Positions 35,890 through 47,270 of a stretch of 64,000 bases of DNA are shown one piece after another. The notes under the pieces are model-generated. The model saw only the letters and a program-made list of their open reading frames with translations, had not been told where the DNA came from and made no database searches. Source of the stretch: Mayamaea pseudoterrestris (lineage: Eukaryota). The translations under genes were made by a program, and so were the position numbers. Each line of letters starts with the position of its first letter. Within the stretch, counting starts at the first letter, position 1. The DNA lies in contig BROI01000002.1 of the NCBI GenBank assembly GCA_027923505.1, forward strand, positions 558,001-622,000. Reading direction: 5' to 3'.

Positions 35890-37533
35890 ATGATTCATCC
35901 AAAGCGGACAAATTTGTCCACCGACGACAAGTCATCCGACCAAGAAGAGCCGAACCATCAAATTCAGAATAGATCCGCTTCGCCCAGGATCCAAAGACGT
36001 TCCATTTATAGCATGATGGTCGGACGTCGTCGCGTTCCTGACAAGAAGATGAATTGTTGCACCAAGCCTCGCAAATGGACACTGTCATCCATTCTTGTAT
36101 TGATGTTGGTTGTGGCATCAATCAGCACACTCTTAATCAATTCAGTATCAGTATTGATATTTTCGAAACAGATTATTGGCAATGACGCTCATCTACCGCT
36201 ATCTATGGAAACAGTACGTCGACGAAAGGTGCATAACATTGCTTACAAAACCACTGCACAAAGCTCGCGAATGGTTTACTTGGAATCGTCGTTGCAATTT
36301 TATGAAGCCAAACAAGGTCGATTCATTGCCACCATGTTTCCTGTGGAACCAGTCGCCAACATGACCAACTCATCCAACTTTTTGAATGTATCCGACGCAA
36401 TCGATTTTGAACTGAACATGACTGCTCCCGACACAATCTTGTCAAGGGACGAAGTGACAGCCGACAACACACAAGACCAATTTAGCTACTTGGATCGCTG
36501 CCTGCCAAAAGCTGACTGGCAGACCGCTAGCTTTATCAATTGCAACGCCTTTCACGAATTAAACATGGCGCACTCGTCACTGGAGAATCGTCGACGCGGC
36601 GAGGAGGAGCAACTATCAGTGCTTGGTGAAGGATGGTTTCGCACCGCCTGGCGACTGTATGCGCGCAACCAAACGACCGTGCTGAAAACGTTGCGGATCG
36701 AACGAGATTTTTTGCCAGAATACTATGAGTTGCATCGTAGAGATGCAGTTGCCATGGAGCGATTGACGTGGTCGCCCTTTGTCGTTAACGTGTTTGGCTA
36801 CTGTGGCAACTCGGCAATCAACGAGATTGCGGATTTTCCCTATCGCGATGTGAACGATTTGGAGCACTTTGATCGAAAGATGAGGTACCGCGAGCGTCAT
36901 CCGCAGATTCAACGCATCAAGCTGCAATTGGCGGCAAGCATTGCGCAAGGCGTGGCTGACATTCATTCCATCGATGGGCCAGAAGTGGGTGTCAGCATGG
37001 TGCACTACGACTTGAATCCACGCAACATTGCAATCTTTGCGCAGGGACGCCCAAAGATCAACGATTTTAATATTGCAGAGTTTCTACGCTATGATCCTGT
37101 CAATAATCGCACTTGTGGGTTTCCCAATCGCATGCGGCAGCCATGGTGGAGAGCCCCGGAGGAAGTCAATCTAACAGCCAACGTGGAGGTGAATGAAAAG
37201 ACTGACATTTATTCACTTGGTGCTATTCTGTTTCATATTTTAACTACGCATTCTCCCCGCGGCAAAATGAAAAAGGAAATGATGGAGGATGTTCGGGCTG
37301 ATGTGGTCCGAGGAGTTGCTCCAGTCTTGCCGCCGCCCTTTGACAACATGACGGATTCAGTGACAATGGCGTTCAAGAAGGCCATGGACCGATGCTTCGT
37401 GGTAGACCACAAGGAGCGCGCCACGGCCGATGAGATTGTTGACATTTTGTTTCAGGCGCTCATGAAGGTTTTGGGTGACGGTAGCAAGAAGTCAAAACGT
37501 CGATCAATTAAGCATACCGATCGCACGAGATAG
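35890..37533 (+). CDS. Signal-anchored protein kinase (copy 1)
   Basis: TM WTLSSILVLMLVVASISTLLI, LGEGWFR, VLK, HYDLNPRN, DFN, APE, TDIYSLG. Confidence 0.85.
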   Translation: MIHPKRTNLSTDDKSSDQEEPNHQIQNRSASPRIQRRSIYSMMVGRRRVPDKKMNCCTKPRKWTLSSILVLMLVVASISTLLINSVSVLIFSKQIIGNDAHLPLSMETVRRRKVHNIAYKTTAQSSRMVYLESSLQFYEAKQGRFIATMFPVEPVANMTNSSNFLNVSDAIDFELNMTAPDTILSRDEVTADNTQDQFSYLDRCLPKADWQTASFINCNAFHELNMAHSSLENRRRGEEEQLSVLGEGWFRTAWRLYARNQTTVLKTLRIERDFLPEYYELHRRDAVAMERLTWSPFVVNVFGYCGNSAINEIADFPYRDVNDLEHFDRKMRYRERHPQIQRIKLQLAASIAQGVADIHSIDGPEVGVSMVHYDLNPRNIAIFAQGRPKINDFNIAEFLRYDPVNNRTCGFPNRMRQPWWRAPEEVNLTANVEVNEKTDIYSLGAILFHILTTHSPRGKMKKEMMEDVRADVVRGVAPVLPPPFDNMTDSVTMAFKKAMDRCFVVDHKERATADEIVDILFQALMKVLGDGSKKSKRRSIKHTDRTR

Positions 37534-37551
37534 CTGCTAAAACACCGCAGC

Positions 37552-38808
37552 TTACTCTTGAACATGGTGACTGCTGGTCTCACCGAGACGGCAGACTTCG
37601 CGCTCAATCTTTTGAACAAGCTCAGGCTTGGTTTCCCACGGCGACCGACTGTGATTCGACTCGTCCATACACTGCAGTAAAAGTACCGTCAAGCTATGAA
37701 TAGTCTCCAGACGCAGCCAGGGATCAATGCTACCGAGATTGACTTGCATTTGCTGCGAGTATGTTCGCCAAATGATGTCTGCCTGTGTTCGATTTGCGCA
37801 CACCTTTCGACCAAGCATTAGTAGTTCAAAGCGCGGGTCGGCAATGGCTGCTTCCTCCCAATCGAGAACGGATGCGACGATTGACTTCAAATTATTGCAT
37901 CCGTTGATTATAATTTTGCTGAATAGAATGTTTTGTGGCTGGCAATCCATGTGCACCAACGTTGGCGCCAGGGATTCTATCGAGGAACTATCGGTTGTGA
38001 GTTCCATTATGCTTCGATCCAGCTTCATTAATGCGTTTACTAATGTAACATCTGCACATTGACAAGTCTGTAGTTGCTTTAGCGCTTGCTTGTGTAGAAG
38101 CAGCATTGTTTGAAATGTATATATCGGCGGATATACATCCTCCGCGCCTCTGGGTCGTCTGTGAGGATTGTCGTTTTGAAGCCAGTCAATAGGCCTCTTC
38201 CTAAAGTAGCAATGTAATGGAATCACCACTTGATGCAATACAGTCAGTGCATAGTCTAACGCTTGATCAGCAGGAACCCGTCCCCATCGTGGATGTGTTT
38301 CATCAAATCCAAACTCTCTGCGGATGAACACCATGGATTCGCACCATGCATCGTCAAATGATTCGTCTTGAAACAATAGTGACTCCTTGCCAACATACTC
38401 AACCATCGCCCATGGGTGGCATGCATCGTTATCAAGTGATTCGTGTAGAATGTGAGGAATGTAGGGACGTCGCTGAGTATCCTTGCCATCGTTGAGTGCC
38501 AGTCGAGCGAGTCGGTATCCCATCAGTTCGTCTCGTGCAATTGCCTTCAGGTCGCTGCTGCCGCCGTTCCGATTCAAGTTCCACCATCGCGCAGATCCCT
38601 TCCAAATTCGGACAACAATTCTATTTTTACCTCTTTGCAATGCTTGCTTCCAGTCGCCATTGTCGCTCGACAATGCAATTGACTGCGGCAGCTGTAGAAT
38701 GAGCACCGTCTGCTGAGCCGATTTGGCCGTTTCAACGGAAATGAGTGGCTCTAGAAGCGACAGTTTCTTTTGAAGAAACGTTAGAGCCGATGAAGAGAGC
38801 TGGTCCAT
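37552..38808 (-). CDS. APH/choline-kinase-like phosphotransferase (copy 1)
   Basis: LVHMDCQPQNILF and VLDWEEAAIADPRFEL; start uncertain (MDQLSS chosen). Confidence 0.8.
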   Translation of the reverse strand: MDQLSSSALTFLQKKLSLLEPLISVETAKSAQQTVLILQLPQSIALSSDNGDWKQALQRGKNRIVVRIWKGSARWWNLNRNGGSSDLKAIARDELMGYRLARLALNDGKDTQRRPYIPHILHESLDNDACHPWAMVEYVGKESLLFQDESFDDAWCESMVFIRREFGFDETHPRWGRVPADQALDYALTVLHQVVIPLHCYFRKRPIDWLQNDNPHRRPRGAEDVYPPIYTFQTMLLLHKQALKQLQTCQCADVTLVNALMKLDRSIMELTTDSSSIESLAPTLVHMDCQPQNILFSKIIINGCNNLKSIVASVLDWEEAAIADPRFELLMLGRKVCANRTQADIIWRTYSQQMQVNLGSIDPWLRLETIHSLTVLLLQCMDESNHSRSPWETKPELVQKIEREVCRLGETSSHHVQE

Positions 38809-39186
38809 CTTTGTATACTTCTGCAGCCGGCCATGCATCAATGGTGCGCGATGGCAATAATGGACGATGAAAAACATCCGATGTCTCACCGGTGAAGTTG
38901 AGAACCAGTACGACGCTTCCACACGACTGCACGAAAGTCCGTTTCTGCGCATGAGCGATGGATTCCGTAACTAAAATACGAGCGATCTAATGCATCAAAG
39001 CTAGACACAAAACATGATCGCCCTATAGAAACGGTGCAAGTGGGATCGCTCAACGCTCGCCACGATTCCATGCTCCGAAACGTTTCGTTATCGATGGGGC
39101 GGCTCACAAATCGCGGTTGCCTGCCGATCCACTCACACACATCTCCACGCTGCGCGCTCCAAGACACACACACACACTAACATACC

Positions 39187-39618
39187 ATGAAGTTTGACAC
39201 CAAGACGCTCAAGCCCATGCCTGTCTCTCCGGAACACTGCTTCGTCCGTCCGAACAAGTTTGTTCCGCCAGTCGATCATGAAACCAAGGACGACGACGGC
39301 GACCAGGGCCGCCAGGTTTACTACGAGGCAACCATTGTCTACACGCCCGTCTACGCTTCGACTCGCATTCACCAGGATCAAGTCAGCAGTGGTCGCAAGA
39401 AGCTTTTGGAGGATTTGGACATGGAGAGTCTCAACCAAAAGCTGGAAGGCTTGTTTATTGGCGGCGGCGACGACGACAAGGAGGCAGGCGTCGTCAAGAA
39501 AAGGGAATCAAAGAAGGACAATGTCAAGACGGAAATGACCAAGAAGGAGGGACTCGGTCGATCCGCCAAGGCGGGACATGACAAGACGGCGATGCGCAGT
39601 CGACGCGCACTCAAGTGA
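39187..39618 (+). CDS. Small hypothetical protein (copy 1)
   Basis: 143-aa ORF with coding-like C/G third positions and a CA-rich 5' leader. Confidence 0.6.
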   Translation: MKFDTKTLKPMPVSPEHCFVRPNKFVPPVDHETKDDDGDQGRQVYYEATIVYTPVYASTRIHQDQVSSGRKKLLEDLDMESLNQKLEGLFIGGGDDDKEAGVVKKRESKKDNVKTEMTKKEGLGRSAKAGHDKTAMRSRRALK

Positions 39619-39949
39619 ATGATGTGAATGGATTCGGAAGGACGAAAATGAGGATTTATAGATGGTAGAACAAAAAGAGGCGGTACGACTCAGTAAGAAA
39701 TCGACAATTGTAACTACTCTGTGCGTATAGCTCTAGTTCGTCTGCATGATTAGTAGCAGTTGACTTGGAGATTGTCGGATAGCATTGGAGCTTCCCTCCT
39801 CACGACCAACGAGCGAACCACGTCTCGCGCGTCATAGCGCGCGCCGCGGCGCGCCACCAAAGAACATGAGCAAGACCGAGCAACGTCGCCCTACTTGCTT
39901 TCACAAAGTGCTGTCCTCCTCCCGTACTCCTTTCATAGAACTCTCCAGC

Positions 39950-42900
39950 ATGAGCTCCTCCTTGTCTTCTGTAGACAAGCATTCATTGTCAGTCAACGAT
40001 GACGACACGACTGCAAAGGCATCCGCTCCTTTGGACCAGCCGCTCAGCGCTTCTTCATCGCAGCAACCATCATCGACGGATCATTATCATTTAGATTTCA
40101 TCGCCAGCAGCCATGCCGTCAAAAGCTTGTTCTCCTTGGGAGTCATTGACGATCAAAGCATTAGCGTTGCCATTCACAACGTTGATGGAGCGCTCGTATT
40201 GGATCACGCGCATGTTGCCGCGGAAGGAGCCGTCGTTGAAGCAGCAGCAGCTCAAGGAATTAGCGACAGCAGCAGTCACGAAAATACTCGTTTGGGAGCC
40301 TTGGAGGCAGACAAGGAGCGACAAGTATCATTGTCGCAGGATATCATTGCTCTTCCTGCTGGACTGGGCGAGATGAAGGAGACGGAAGCGCTCGCGCTGA
40401 TTCTTGCGAATCCGCCGCAGAATTCCGTCTCAAACATCACCTCGCATGACAGTCATAGCGACAACAATTCCAAGCTCGGACTACCCGTACCTGACGATTA
40501 TATACAACGATTCTTGCCGCAGCAATCTCCCGAACCACGAGAATATTTGCCTTGGAAATTCAAGGACATTCAGTTGCTCATTGGCTCGAATGCGACCGTC
40601 TATCGAGCAAGCAGCAGCAGCACTACTGCGAATGCAGCTAACGTAGCGGAGCATTCGACAGCCATTACAGTTCGCATTGAACAAACGAGAGACCTGCAGT
40701 CTCTCTTGGAGCGATATGAACAAGACAAGCTGTTTGCGCTGCAAAACAAGCCTTCATATGCACAAGTGGCCGCAGCAAAGGCAATCAGACAGCGACAACA
40801 AATAAACAAGCCGCTCACCAGCGATTTGCATCAACTGGCCGACGATGAGCAAGGTCTTCAGTCTTGTATTGTGGCAGCTCCATCTTGTCCTGTAGGTGGA
40901 CTATTGTCGTCTCGAGGCGGCCTCATTTCATCGCCGCAGCACCACCAAGCGGACGCATCAACAAATCCTGCTTCGTCGCCAACTTCGCCCGTTTCCACCG
41001 TTTTGGACATTTATCTTGATAATATAATGGCTAATGTACCGCAGCTGGCATTGTGTTTACAGGACAAGGGTTTGATTCAGTCGGTGAAGCTGCTGTCGAC
41101 GGATGACATTCCATCGTCGCTGATGCATCCCGATACTCTCGAAACATCGACTCCATTTTCAATTGTTCACAAGGCCGACGGAAAGCAAGTTTTTAGCCCC
41201 GAAGTCATGGAGACGAATGCATCCATGTTGCTTCGATTCCTGCAAGCCAACTGCACCAAGAATAACACGACATATCTGCTACGACGGGAGCATGGCGAAA
41301 CAAACATTCAACTATACGATATATCCACCCTTTCCGGTCGAGGACAAAAGCGCTGGGTGTTTTGGCTCGCCATGATGTCTTATCGCTTTGCCAATCGTTT
41401 GCGCCACGTTGCCATGAACCACGCCGTCGACGATCCGGCCTTGAAGCGAGCTTGGCGTGCGCGGCAGCGAAGTTTGTTGCGAAACACGTTGGAGTTGCTG
41501 GAAAAGTTGACGGATATGGATGGTAATCAGCGCGAGAGTTTGGCAGCTGCGGTTCATGAGCATTTGGCGGATAGCATGCTGGGTCTGGAGGATAGTGAAG
41601 GGCCTGCTGGTTGCTTTGGTGAGGGCGACGAGGAAGCGCTTCCCTCGTCAGGCAAATCCGTACCTACATCGCCGACACCTTGTGTATCCATGATACAGCA
41701 GCCGTACGCTAACATCTCGGTTGATGCTTTGGGCAAGGCTCAGGATCATTTGGCGAAGGGCATCAAGGTACTTATGCCGGTTTTGGAAGCTGATGCGAAA
41801 CTGCATAACGCTAAGACTAAGAAGGGAGCTGTAGATGCAGAATTTCGCCGGCGTATTGAACCAGTCGCGACTCAGCTCTTTGCCTTGCACTACAAGTTTG
41901 TGAATGTGTCGCTTCGTCTTGCTGAAATTCATTTAAGTAATTACTTTTCGTCGAGCGCCATGCAGGCTTTGCGGACTTCCGCTCGGTGCATGGCAGATTC
42001 ACTATATCTGGTCCATCTTTTAGATCGAGACTCGGACAAGAGAGTATATGCCTGGATGCAAAGAATTCAGCTCCAGTATACATGGCTGTGGGAACACAGC
42101 GGCCACTTCGCGCGATCATTTGCAGCGGACGAACTATGGCGAGAGCGTGGCCATGCTTCTGGCGACGATGTAATCAGTGTACTTCAGGATGTTGACAATG
42201 CATTTCGCGAGCATGCATCACTAGATTTGAGCGATTCATTTATACGGAAGACTTTTATCGAGCCGGAGAATCCGCTTACAATGCAGTCGAATGGCGTCAT
42301 TAATCTTAATTCGTTAAATGGTATTGTCGACTTCTTTGCACCAATTGGGAAGCGGAAGGTTCAAAAAACACAACGCAACGCCTCCGACAGAGAAGTTGCT
42401 GAAAAAGTCTTGGCGAAGCGGAGGGTTATTGTCCGCGATCAAAGAAAAGTTTTGATCGCTGCATCCCTTGCTTACAGTCGATCAATCAAATCGTTTCGCG
42501 ATTTACTAGCAGAGGAAGCGTTTGACGACACACTCCCATCAGAGAATGATACCGCGTTGATAGCTTTGCTCGATCAGAGGCTTGGTGATTCTTGCAATGA
42601 GACTGGGAAGATTCTGTTGAATGAACTTAGACGACTCCTTCAGTCAGCGAGTGCTCGCCCCAACGATGCTGCGCCTACAGGAGCCGTCGAGTACATGCTC
42701 TCGTCCGCTCAGTTTTGGTTTTTCCAAGCCCTTGAAGTATTCGAACGTTGCAGAGATCTACGAAACTTGGCGTTGCTTCGTTGCAACCTCTGTCAGGCGT
42801 ACAAGCTTCAGGCTAATGCAGTTTTTTCGTCCACGACCCCGAAACCCCCGGACGGCCACACCCATGCTGATATCTGCTTGCAGGAGGCCATCCATCACCT

Positions 42901-43732
42901 TGAAGCTGCTCATGAGGCCCTGGGCGAGCGTGACCTGGATCCGAAAACATGGAACTTTGTCAGCGAGGAGATGGCTGCAACGTTTCTGGTACTTGGGGTT
43001 CGACGGCGCCAATCCTTTATTGGATCTGGATCGGTGCCTGTCCTTATGCAGGCTTTACGACTTTCTCCGGGAAAGGAGCAGTCGATTGTTGAGCCAATAG
43101 AGAGAGCGCGACAAATCTATGAGCAGCTTGGGAACCATCATCAGGCTGCAGCAGCGCACTACCAGCTCGCGTTGTACTTTAGTAAAATATGGACCTGCCA
43201 ACTTAACGAGGTTAAGACGCGAGAAAAGCTCACGCTCGCGTTCCAGCATTTTAATGCTGCGTATGGGTACTTTTTAAAAGCAATTCGTGGGAATGAGATT
43301 ACATTTTGTTTGCTGTGCATCGACTCATCGGGATTGTACGCGGCCGTTCCAGGGCTAGAGAGCACTTGCAAGGCACTTCTACGTTGTCTAGACACTGCTG
43401 ATGCGCTTTCTAAAAACGTTGTAGAAACGAAATTGAAAGATGTGCAAGGCCGTGCCGACTGGTTTAGGCAAATGGATGTAATTACCACGGCTATTGACGA
43501 ACGCGTATTCAAAGCGTTGCGCAGTTTGGTGAAAATTGAAAATGAAGCTGCTGGTGACGGTAACGATCGGTACAAGTCATTGTATCGAATAGCCTTGCAA
43601 GCCAAAATGCGCCCCGCTCCTTCTGAAGTTTACTGCGGGGACGAATTTATTGACAGTGTTGCTAACCGACTCCACGCAATGCACTCCCTGCTCAAGGAAA
43701 CTGCTACTCATTACAAAGAAAAATGCGTTTGA
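39950..43732 (+). CDS. EDRF1-like protein with TPR-like helical C-terminus (copy 1)
   Basis: LDIYLDNIMANVPQLALC...DDIP...FSPEV...LRFLQANCT...IQLYDI resembles the EDRF1 N-terminal core; start may be 39866. Confidence 0.75.
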   Translation: MSSSLSSVDKHSLSVNDDDTTAKASAPLDQPLSASSSQQPSSTDHYHLDFIASSHAVKSLFSLGVIDDQSISVAIHNVDGALVLDHAHVAAEGAVVEAAAAQGISDSSSHENTRLGALEADKERQVSLSQDIIALPAGLGEMKETEALALILANPPQNSVSNITSHDSHSDNNSKLGLPVPDDYIQRFLPQQSPEPREYLPWKFKDIQLLIGSNATVYRASSSSTTANAANVAEHSTAITVRIEQTRDLQSLLERYEQDKLFALQNKPSYAQVAAAKAIRQRQQINKPLTSDLHQLADDEQGLQSCIVAAPSCPVGGLLSSRGGLISSPQHHQADASTNPASSPTSPVSTVLDIYLDNIMANVPQLALCLQDKGLIQSVKLLSTDDIPSSLMHPDTLETSTPFSIVHKADGKQVFSPEVMETNASMLLRFLQANCTKNNTTYLLRREHGETNIQLYDISTLSGRGQKRWVFWLAMMSYRFANRLRHVAMNHAVDDPALKRAWRARQRSLLRNTLELLEKLTDMDGNQRESLAAAVHEHLADSMLGLEDSEGPAGCFGEGDEEALPSSGKSVPTSPTPCVSMIQQPYANISVDALGKAQDHLAKGIKVLMPVLEADAKLHNAKTKKGAVDAEFRRRIEPVATQLFALHYKFVNVSLRLAEIHLSNYFSSSAMQALRTSARCMADSLYLVHLLDRDSDKRVYAWMQRIQLQYTWLWEHSGHFARSFAADELWRERGHASGDDVISVLQDVDNAFREHASLDLSDSFIRKTFIEPENPLTMQSNGVINLNSLNGIVDFFAPIGKRKVQKTQRNASDREVAEKVLAKRRVIVRDQRKVLIAASLAYSRSIKSFRDLLAEEAFDDTLPSENDTALIALLDQRLGDSCNETGKILLNELRRLLQSASARPNDAAPTGAVEYMLSSAQFWFFQALEVFERCRDLRNLALLRCNLCQAYKLQANAVFSSTTPKPPDGHTHADICLQEAIHHLEAAHEALGERDLDPKTWNFVSEEMAATFLVLGVRRRQSFIGSGSVPVLMQALRLSPGKEQSIVEPIERARQIYEQLGNHHQAAAAHYQLALYFSKIWTCQLNEVKTREKLTLAFQHFNAAYGYFLKAIRGNEITFCLLCIDSSGLYAAVPGLESTCKALLRCLDTADALSKNVVETKLKDVQGRADWFRQMDVITTAIDERVFKALRSLVKIENEAAGDGNDRYKSLYRIALQAKMRPAPSEVYCGDEFIDSVANRLHAMHSLLKETATHYKEKCV

Positions 43733-43766
43733 AAATTGTGATAATTTAATATTTCATTTACTTGTG

Positions 43767-45279
43767 TCACTCCTCCGGAAACAAAGGTAGCCTGCTCTTT
43801 TCGATACCAGATTCGACAAAACCCTGCTCCTTGAGCATAGTGATAGTATCTCGCAGTCGCATTCCTTCATCATGATTCATTCGTTGTAGCGACACTGTAA
43901 TATGACTAGCCAATGCCTTCAAAATTTGAACATCATTGTTCGTAAAACCACCCTGCGTCTTGGAAATTGGATCAACGGCATCAAGATTACCCTTGCGCTT
44001 ATCCGTCTTGTTGATTGCTTGAATGACGGCAATCGCTCGACCTTGTGAATCCAATACTGGCACGCACACCATGTTGCGAATCTGCTGGTCATGCGGAAGC
44101 GACTCGTTTTGCTTGCCGGCTTCTGCCGCAAAGTCTGGTTCGTTTCGTACGTCATAAAAGTTAAAGCACTCGCCTGTCAATACCGCGCGCGACGCAATGT
44201 TGCGGCCAAGTGGTATAAAGCTTCCAGACTTGAGCGACTTTTTGGATGTTTCGTCGTACTTGGCGTATAAATACTTTCCATCTGGCGTTGGAATGGGAGT
44301 GCCCAGCTTGTCGTCCTTTTGCACGACGAGAAAGAGCGACGTCCGCTGCGCCCCAATCAAACTACCCGCCTCATTAATAACGTCGTTGAATATTTCATCC
44401 AAGTGTGCTTCTCGTTTCCGTGCTTGAATCTTGTTCGAGTCGATGAATAAAAGTGGAAACATGCCTATTAATGAATGAAAAGCCAGAGACAAGTAAGCTT
44501 GACGCTCGCAAAAATAGAAAACAGACTACACCATAACATTTGTACGTTACCAATCAAACAGCCAATGGTCATTCCAATGGCGCAACCAAACTGGTTGGCA
44601 AACCTCACCGACCGCAGCTGTCGCTGGGCCGTGGTGAGATTGGGCTTTGGAAGGTTCACGTGCTTGGCCAAAAAGTCTTCCACGACGGTTCCAAACATGA
44701 CTCCGGCAACGTCACTGACAATGTTTCCCTGGAGCATCAATAATAGATAAATATTGTTGAGTAAACCTGTTTCATTCCGTCCACATTCTCGTCACTCATT
44801 ATACGCACCAGCGCTGCCGCGCACATTGTCGAAATGCCCAGCAGTACACCAAAGGACGTGTCAATGGCATCACCCGCAATGATCAACAAGGCATTATCCA
44901 TGATTCCAAAGGCAATAAAGGGAATGCACGTGGCAATGGCAACCGCTCTCAAGTCTTGCTTGGTTGGTTCAGGAATTATTAATTGTGCGTCATTGCCTGA
45001 TTTGGAGGCTGCTTCGCGTACGTGGCGAATGGCACCATGTAGCTGCTGGCGGCCTGACGGTGACAAGTGATTGACTAGTGATTCGAAACCAAGTCCTTGC
45101 TCGCTAAGTTCAGTCAATTGTCGCGATAGATTGGAAGCATTGACTGGTTTATTGCTCGATGAGGCTGCTGCTTCTGCTGCATCGGACAGTGAGCGAGTGC
45201 TTGGCTTACAGTGTAACCTTTGCGTCACTGAAATTATTGGTCGACATATTTTCTGCGACCGTATCATATTAATCTGCAT
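43767..45279 (-). CDS. TMEM65-domain + GAF-domain fusion, mitochondrial-type presequence (copy 1); introns 44729-44808 and 44465-44550
   Basis: Spliced IPFIAFGIMDNALLIIAGDAID...STMCAAAL|GNIVSD...GCLIG|MFPLLF (TMEM65), then AQRTSLFLV...RNMVCVPV...IAVIQAINK...FTNNDVQIL (GAF, NKFD-type). Confidence 0.85.
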
Positions 45280-45507
45280 TGGATTCTATATACCAGAGAT
45301 TAATGGGCCGCAGTAGCAGCAGGGGCAAAAGATTGGACGGACGAAAGGTATGATGGTGTCATGGTCGATTGAATGGATTGTCACGCATCGTAGCGGTACT
45401 CAGTCTTGTCTTGCGTTTGTTCTTTGGCAGTGTGCGTACGACATTCTCACATATCATCATCATTCCACAAAGTCTTCCGTACGACCTTAACAGAAATCAT
45501 CAACAGC

Positions 45508-46285
45508 ATGGGTTCCTTCATGTTTGCCCTTTACTGCATAGGGAGTTTTCTGCTCATGGTGATTTTGGCGTGTGTCATGTGCGGCTGTCCGATACTGGCG
45601 TTCGTACTCGGCGCACCTTTCGAACAAACCGTGAGTGTCAATGAACGACAACGGATGGAACAAAGTAATTTGGCCGAATGGATCATTCGTCTCATGCGAG
45701 ATCCAGATACTTTGGAGGATCGTCGTCGTCGTAGGCAGACGTCAACCACGGATGTTGAGCAACCGCAGTCTCTACAAGAAAAGACTGACGAGTACTCGAG
45801 TAAGACGCTGCAGCTGCTGGAATCTAGACGAATGGTACGTGACAAGACTTATAAGATTCATGTGTTTTGCGTATATGGAATCATCTGGGTTCAGAGGTCT
45901 GACATTGTTGCTTGTATATGCGCAGACACTACGAGAAAAACATTTCGTCCACTATCCCACGACGGAAGCCGTCACAGTCGAGGTGAGCTTCGGTGACGAC
46001 CCAGCGACCAGCAGCAACGACAGTACCATGGTTCGCGTTCCGGCTGCTGGCTCGCATGTAAATTGTGACAATGATCAACCATATCGACTGGCGGAGGCAA
46101 CCTGCGCCATATGCTTGATCGCCTACGAGACTGGCTCGCAGGTTGGTTGGTCATCCAACATCGCGTGTGAGCATGTCTTTCATTACGATTGCTTCAAATT
46201 GTGGTTGGCGCGGCCCGAAGGAAAGTCTTGTCCATGTTGCCGACGGGAGTTTCTTGTCGGCGAAACTGTTGATTTGAAAGGGTGA
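45508..46285 (+). CDS. Transmembrane RING-H2 E3 ligase (ATL-like, copy 1); intron 45835-45925
   Basis: N-terminal TM, spliced in frame to CAICL...CEHVFHYDCFKLWL...CPCCR. Confidence 0.85.
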
Positions 46286-47270
46286 AAGTCAAAAGGAAGA
46301 CCTTTTTGGCCACTGCCAATCTTTGTCACACCAATGGTGACCAAGGCACGTAGCGAAAGTGATGCAGGCAGAAGCAAGCTTGATATTTGGATGGCTGTAC
46401 TCTCTATGAAAAAACATTCAACTGCAGCCAAACGTGCTAGAAAAACTGCTTGGAAACGAGGCCAAAAGACCGCCTGTCGGCAAGTTTAAGAGCATGAGCT
46501 AGGAGTCTGTAGCAAGTCACACTTGAAAGCGCATGTTCCAATAGTCTGTAGCAAGTCGCTACCATGCTTCCAGATGAAACGCGACATTCATGGGGGACTC
46601 GGAACGGCTCATTCATGGCCCGAGAAAGGCGACAGCATCTCGATCTTAATTGTCCCCCAAACAATCGTTTTATTTATTAAAATATGTATGTCACTACAAC
46701 GAAGTGATTAAAGACCTTATCTTTTTTTCGCTAGGGTCTATTAAACACATGAACATATTCGCAGGGTGGGGAGGTGGTATCGGTAGGATCAATGGTACCA
46801 CAAAGCCTGCAAACAAACACCTCCAGTAGACAATATAGAAATTGACACAGGCCCTTCAAAGCAAACCATTTTGATGGGTTGATGCCAACGATTCTCGTCT
46901 ATACGGAAGCGATAACGACGAAATAACGGTCAATCGCTTTCTAGCGATGATCATGACGTCATCTACAATGACGTCAATCCGGTACTGTGCGTCGCAGCGA
47001 AACTAATGAGTACTCTTCGGGTCATAGGTTTTAAAAAAATGCACGAAAAGTTCGATTCGATTCTTGCGAACGACCATGGCAAAAGCATTGGCCTTGCCTT
47101 GCGCACCTTTCTTTGTCTCGCTACGTATTAGGAGTCGCAACGCGACGTGCCAAAGTTGAACTCCCCATTCGTGTGTCTACTTAGTATCAGCAAATCTCGC
47201 TCACCTTGGCACCTCGCTCAGCTACACACATCACCCGCACGACGCCTCGTCTACACGAGTTGTGCCGACA

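Larger units (their letters stand above)
35528..46908. repeat. Tandem segmental duplication, copy 1 (11,381 bp)
   Basis: Every ORF recurs at +11,381; unit starts GCGATAACGACG (35528) and ends ...CTATACGGAA (46908). Confidence 0.97.

Noticed and set aside
37552..38808. Antibiotic-resistance gene or HGT from the APH-like kinase
   Set aside because: The APH/choline-kinase fold is widespread in eukaryotes; composition matches neighbours.
46490..46560. AGTCTGTAGCAAGTC repeated 39 bp apart (also at +11,381)
   Set aside because: Only two clear copies; treated as a minor local duplication.
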